Source of the DNA: the human T2T-CHM13v2.0 reference genome, Homo sapiens
DNA: 64,000 nucleotides
Assembly: GCF_009914755.1 (NCBI RefSeq)
Contig: NC_060936.1
Reading direction: 5' to 3' (one strand)
Made by a program: the position numbers and the translations under genes. Shown here piece by piece: positions 57,661-64,000 of the stretch (the stretch's first letter is position 1; each line of letters starts with the position of its first letter). Below the pieces are notes generated by a model that was given only the letters and a program-made list of their open reading frames with translations, did no database searches and was not told the DNA's origin.

Positions 57661-58934
57661 TAAATGGTTCTGTCCACTGAGCGAATATTCAGCATAGGCC
57701 TTCCTCAACACACAGTTCAGAGAGACAGGTTATGACTCAGATGCCCAGATCTGCCACTCCTACAATTGTGTCAGGCCATTTAGCACAGGGATTCTTGTGT
57801 CAGGGCTGAAACTATATGCAGTTATTTTAAAACTGGTGTTCAGTTATGTCATACATGTCTTACACTTTAAATTTTTAAGGACAAATGGTCTTGTTTGAGT
57901 TTTGAAAGCTCTGACAGTTGGATCCAACTCACTCAAGCTAGGCGAGATGGTCAGACCCATAAAGTGAAGAGCCACATGGGTCTAGTGTACTGCAATGCCT
58001 ACCATGCCTAGTCTTGCATCTGGCACACAGTAGGTGCTCATGGTACTTGTTTGTTGAATGAAGGGCTAGGGATATGGATTGAATAGTAGTTTGATGAACA
58101 AATTAATAACTAATTAAAGAAAAGAATTAATTAATCCAGGTGCATTAAGATAGTCATAGTGGACAACTGCTGAACCTTTTCCATCATGTGAAGAGTTTAA
58201 ATGATGAGGCAATGTCTTGCATTCAGAAAGGACTGGATCTTAGGTAATAGTCCAGCCTATCCTCCGCCACCCTCACTTTAATATACAACTAGTATATTTC
58301 ACGTGCAGGGAGCTTGAAACCCCTCTCATTTCACCCCTTGGAGAGAGGACCCTGGTCTCATTATTATCTAGAATCCAAGAGTTGCTTCCTTGCCCTGAAT
58401 GAGAAGGATTCCCACCATCTCAGCCACTGACCCCTCAAAATGGCCCTCAGTCCCCATTAGCTTCTGGGTTTGTCCCAACACACACTGAATCAGGAGCAAC
58501 CTTTGATCTGCCCGAACCTTCAGAACTGTGGAACTAATAGGGGAAATAGGACTTGCTTGAGGTTCTTCCCAGAGATGTCCTAACCTTGCTGTCCCACCTC
58601 CTTTTCCCTCCTTCCCATAAGGTATTTCACAATGCTTTGAGAATGAACAGGTTTTGAAAATTGTGCTGCATACATTTACTTTGCCCAGGGAATGACACAT
58701 CTGGGCTCCAGATGTTTTTCAGTCCTGCAGAGTGGTAGCCAATTTCAGGTGGTTGTAGGCAGAGCTCAGACTAAACACAAGGGTGCAGACAGCCATGCAT
58801 AAAGGCACATTTGAGATCCCTCTGTGGCTTTTGCCACTGTTTTTTTCTCCATCTGGGATGCCCCTTGAGCTACTTGGTGTCTCTCTTCTAAGAGACATCA
58901 CTAACACACCCCCTGTTAGGGCACGAGGGTCTTT

Positions 58935-59155
58935 GGTACAGTGAAGAGGTGCCCAGGGATTGAATCCCAGCTCAGCTCTGTGATCTCAGGTGAATTATCT
59001 GCCCTCTCTGCATCTCGGTGTCCACATCTGTAAAAGAAAGTGAATGGTCTCCACTTTATAGGGCTGTTGTGAGGGTTATAGAGCTAATGCTTGTAAAATG
59101 CTTAGGACAGTGCCTGGCAGATACTAAGCACTAAGTAGGTGTTTGCCGTTATTAT
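58935..59155 (+). mobile_element. MIR SINE
   Basis: TTGAATCCCAGCTC...CATCTGTAAAAG...GCTTAGGACAGTGCCTGGCAGATACTAAGCACT. Confidence 0.85.
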
Positions 59156-60605
59156 TCCTAGTTTCCTTCTTCTCTGGAGATCACTGTGGAATTAGAATTT
59201 GTTCCCTGTCCCTTAATTGGTTATTATCATTTCACCTTAGCCCTATGTGACCATTTTTATCCTAATGTCTCCCCAGAGCCTAATAATGATGGTGATGATC
59301 GTGCTGAAATGTATTGAGACCCTTCTCTGTGCCAGACACTGTGAAAAGCACTTGACATTATAGCCTGTAGGAGAGTCTATAGTTTGGCTCAATTCCTGAC
59401 ACAGAGTTTAGTGCATACAATAATTCTTTGATGTAGGCACTATGATTAGCCCCACTTTCAGCTAAGGAAAAGAAGGCTTAGGGAGGAACTGAGAAAGCAA
59501 ATCATATCCAGGACTTGGTCCAGGATAGCCAGCCTCAGATCCCATGTTCTCAACCACTACCCAGAGATTGAGAAATAACACAACCAAATAGAAAACTCCT
59601 GGCATGGCATACAGCCAGAACATATAGTGGCACATGCTATAGGGTTTGGGTTACAGACTACTGAAGGATGTGGACTTTGAGCCAGGCCTTAAAAAGGATG
59701 GACAGTAGGATAGGGAAAGGCATTCCAGGTAGAAGGAATGGCATGAACAAAGATATAGAGGCTAAAAACCCAGAGAATGTTTAAGCACAGAAGTAGTTAG
59801 CATTAGCTAAAGTATAGGTAGGTATGTGGAAGGCTAAAATAGCACCTGATTGTGGAGGGCATTGCATGACCCAAAAAAAAAAATGTTATCCTATAGGAAA
59901 CAGGGAGCTGTGGAATGCTTTTGAGTAGGGAAGAGCATGCCCACAGCTGTGATCTAGAAAGATTAGCTTGGCAGAGGAATATCAGGTGGAGAGATGGGAC
60001 ATTGGGAGGTCATTGGATTTGATGATGCCTAAACTCATGAGATATTCCCAGTGTTCCAGAAGCAAGACTTGGTGAGGGAGATGATGTGTCCAAAGTCACA
60101 CAGCTAGTGAAAAGTAGAGCCCAAACTCTAGTCAGATCTTCTGACTCTAAATTCTGTATTCATTCTGCTATACCAAGGAAAGATACAGCTGATCCCGTTA
60201 TAAGATCTGAAAGAATTAAGCCTGGTGAACTCTGAAGGGTCGTGGCTCTAGTTACAAGGGGTCTGAGGACTCCTCGACATTGTATGCAGAACGATGTGTG
60301 TGTGTGTGTGTTTGTCCTGTGAGCATGTGCACAAATGGGATTGGTCATGGGAGATGGCCCACTGCATCCACTTTTTAGTGTCCACAAACACAGTGAAAAA
60401 CCACTGTAAAACCTCAGGGGTCACACCCAAAGGTGAAGCCCAGAGTTCTGCAGGAACACTGCCTGCATTACAAAACCAACAGTAAAGAGAAGAAAAGAGA
60501 CAAATTGATTGATAGAGTTCAGTGGGAAGAGGGAAGGGTAGAAGTTAAATAAACACTTGAGGCTTAAGAACCAAGTGTTCTCTGGGCAGTCAGCCTTCTT
60601 TAGAG

Positions 60606-60763
60606 CAGTGGTTCTCGATGACTGGTGATTTTGCTCCCCAGGGGACAAGTGGCAATGTCTAGAGACAATTCTGGTTGTCACAACTGGGGACAGGAATGGT
60701 GCTATTGACAACAAATAATTATCGGACTTATGGTATCAATAGTACCAAGGTGGAGAAACCCTG
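60606..60763. mobile_element. MER20, internally deleted
   Basis: Termini CAGTGGTTCTC and GAGAAACCCTG; TSD CTTT(A/G)GAG. Confidence 0.88.
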
Positions 60764-61207
60764 CTTTGGAGGAAAAAGAAGTCTTGACTTCTAGCACAGA
60801 GCTGAGCAGAAACACTGGCCTTGTATCTTCAGTGCTCAGCTTCCAGAAGAGGCTGAGGGCTAATGAGCCTCCTGTGGAGTAACAGGCCTATATGTGGTGA
60901 GCAGAACCTGGAAGTCTTTATGATTTCCATTAACCCTCAGGAATGGATATAGGCCTGACCCCGGAGGCCCTGCCCAGGGGCTCATTTGGCCTGGTTCCCT
61001 CTGAGCACCAGGTTGCATCTCCCCCTGCTTATCTGGAATTTAGGACTTGGGTCACTGGTTGTGGTCCTCTGTGCAAACCAACGGCACAGAGCTGGAGGGA
61101 CCTGAGAGGCCCTCTTGTCCCCTCCCTACCTATAGCTCACCCCCATATTTAGAGAAGAAGGCATGGAAGCCCAGGGAGGTGAAATGACTTGCCCATGGCT
61201 GTGGTTG

Positions 61208-61473
61208 TGTATCCATGAGGACTCTTCCAGCAAGTGGAAGAAAATCCTACTCCAACTAGATTGAGCCAACTGTTTTCATTCAGTAACCAAAACATCCAGG
61301 TTTCACCTTTGACACAGCTGGATCCAGGGACTCGGTTGATGTCACTGGGTCTTGTCTCTGGCCACTTCTTCACTCTGTTCTCTCCCTGGGACATTCTGAG
61401 CTGTCTTGGAAGCGAGATGATGGTTGGACTTTCAGGTTTCAACTTCACAGCTTTAATCAAGGGAGAAATCAAG

Positions 61474-61538
<65 letters not shown>

Positions 61539-61785
61539 CTCCCTCTCAGTGGTCCCTGTGAATGCACCTGTGGGCTCTGAGTTAGGGAATATGTCCATCC
61601 CTGATCCAGCCCCTGTTGTTTCGAGGAAGTGATGCCCTGAATGACCAGCCCAAAGCAGAAAGGAGGGTCCACAATGCCTGTGCAGGGAGTGGAGAGGGGT
61701 GGTCCTCCAGAGAAAATTGGGGATGCTATTACCAGAAGAAGGGGGAGTAGACACTGGATGGGCCAAAATAACGCATGTCACCCCC
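61208..61785 (-). mobile_element. Old MLT1 (J/K-like) LTR containing a (TC)n run
   Basis: AGGACTCTTCCAGCAAGTGGAAGAAAATCCTACTCCAACTAG...GGATCCAGGGACTC...GGGATGCTATTACCAGAAGAAGGGG. Confidence 0.6.
61476..61531. repeat. (TC)28 microsatellite
   Basis: Perfect TC run. Confidence 0.97.
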
Positions 61786-62367
61786 TCCAGCTGATGAGTG
61801 GCTGGGCTCAGCATAGGTGTCCTGCTATCTAGCCTGTTCCTCCAGCTCTGACACAAGCTGCCTAAGGCAGAACAGCTACCTCCAAAGGATCTACCCATGG
61901 TTTTGACTCCTGGCCTGGAGAACAAGAGGTGAAGGAGATAGGGAGAGGATAGTCCAGGGCTAAGACCTGAGACCTGGGAGCCAGCCACCCCAGTGGAGTT
62001 CAAGATCTCACTTTGCTCTCTTCATGGCCGGGATTTGGGGCACTGGCTTGGAGTGTGGGAAGGGAATAGGAGCAGGTGACTTGGATTTGGACAGTGACTC
62101 AGAGGAAAGAGGACAAGAAGAGCCCTGATCTAGGAGCTGGGAAATGACTTAAAAGCCATTTACTGCCCTCTTCCCACCCTTCCTGCCTTTTTGCCTTCCT
62201 TCTAGTAAATATGCATGGGGTGCCCACTCTAGTCTGCCCATGATCCCCTTCCTGCAGCACTGGCGGCCTCTCCTGACATGCCACCTCCTCACTGCCCACT
62301 CCAAGCCAAGGAGCAGGTATAGGATATCTCCTCTTCCTGGCTCCATTCAGAGCTTGCTTTGATGCTT

Positions 62368-62518
62368 GCTTGCCTTCCTCCCTTCCTTCCTTCCTTCCTT
62401 CTCTCTCTTTTTTTTTCTTTCTTTCTTTCTTTTTCTTTCTTTCTTTCTTTTCTTCTCTTGTTCTCTCTCTCTTTCTTTCTTCTTTTCTTCTCTCGTTCTC
62501 TCTCTCTCTCTTTCTTCT

Positions 62519-62574
<56 letters not shown>

Positions 62575-62923
62575 TCCTTCTTTCCTTCTTTCCTTCTTTC
62601 CTTCTTTCTTTCTTTTTTCCAAACACAGGATCTCACTCTGTCACCAGGCTGGAGTACAGTGATGTGATCACAGCCCAGCTCACTGCAGCCTTAACCTCCT
62701 AGGCTTGAGTGATCCTCCCATCTCAGCCTCTGGAGCAGCTAGGACTATAGGCATGCACCATCACGCCCCACTAATTTTGAAGGGAATGCTGGGAGGAGGT
62801 TTTGGAGAGATGGGATTTTGCCATGTTGTCCAGGCTGGTCTCAAACTCTTGGACTCAAGCGATCTGCTTGCCTCAGCCTCCCAAAGTGCTGGGATTGCCA
62901 GGCATGAGCCACCGTGCCCAGCC
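62368..62923 (-). mobile_element. AluJ with a ~250-bp compound (CCTT/CTTT/CT)n tail
   Basis: TSD TTGATGCTT (62359-62367, 62926-62934); body at 62621-62923. Confidence 0.9.
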
Positions 62924-63272
62924 CCTTGATGCTTATTTTTATCCTTAGTTTTCCTGTAGGGAATATTGGGGGAGTGGGTCCCACCAGCATGATTTCTTTG
63001 GTCCCTGCTCTTCCCTGGGGACTGATGGGTACTTAGACCCTCTGACATTGCAGACGCTCCCTGCCTGTGGCAAATCACCCTGCCAGATGCCAGTCCCCCA
63101 GCCTTTTTCCCTTCAGTCCCCTCCCCTTCCCCACCAGGTCATGTGCAGCTCCCTGAGTGGCATCAGCTAGAGGCAGAATTAACTTGGTTGATCTGATTCC
63201 CAAATGCTTGCCTGAAGCACTTTCCAGATGTAGAGGAGATGACATTAGCTAGGTGGTCCATGCTGTTTATTT

Positions 63273-64000
<728 letters not shown>

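Noticed and set aside
61149-62003. 284-aa minus-strand ORF
   Set aside because: It spans an MLT1 LTR and a (GA)n run (ERERER) and has no protein-family signature.

Overview
This 64 kb window is human non-coding DNA. The human assignment rests on a near-consensus AluYb8 at 12618-12936, a human-specific subfamily. The window is a dense patchwork of ancient MIR and L2 elements, MaLR/ERV solo LTRs (THE1, MLT1, LTR16, MER34/39-like), hAT DNA transposons (MER1A, MER3, MER5, MER20, MER45), L1 fragments, about 20 Alus and several simple repeats, including a ~0.93 kb GAT/GGT array. I found no protein-coding exon, RNA gene, CpG island, CRISPR array or processed pseudogene. The long ORFs in the track mostly fall in repeats or low-complexity tracts; the rest show no recognisable protein features, and the only real protein remnant is the L1 ORF2p C-terminus. 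LTRs and Alus lie mostly on the minus strand, which hints at an intron of a plus-strand gene, but I cannot name the locus. Repeat-free islands at about 8.7-9.6, 15.8-16.3, 17.9-18.8, 36.8-37.2 and 47.4-47.5 kb carry motif clusters and are enhancer candidates. I cannot support a previously undescribed biological system here. Subfamily names come from recalled consensus sequences, not a RepeatMasker run; boundaries of old elements are approximate and many small MIR/L2 fragments are not listed.
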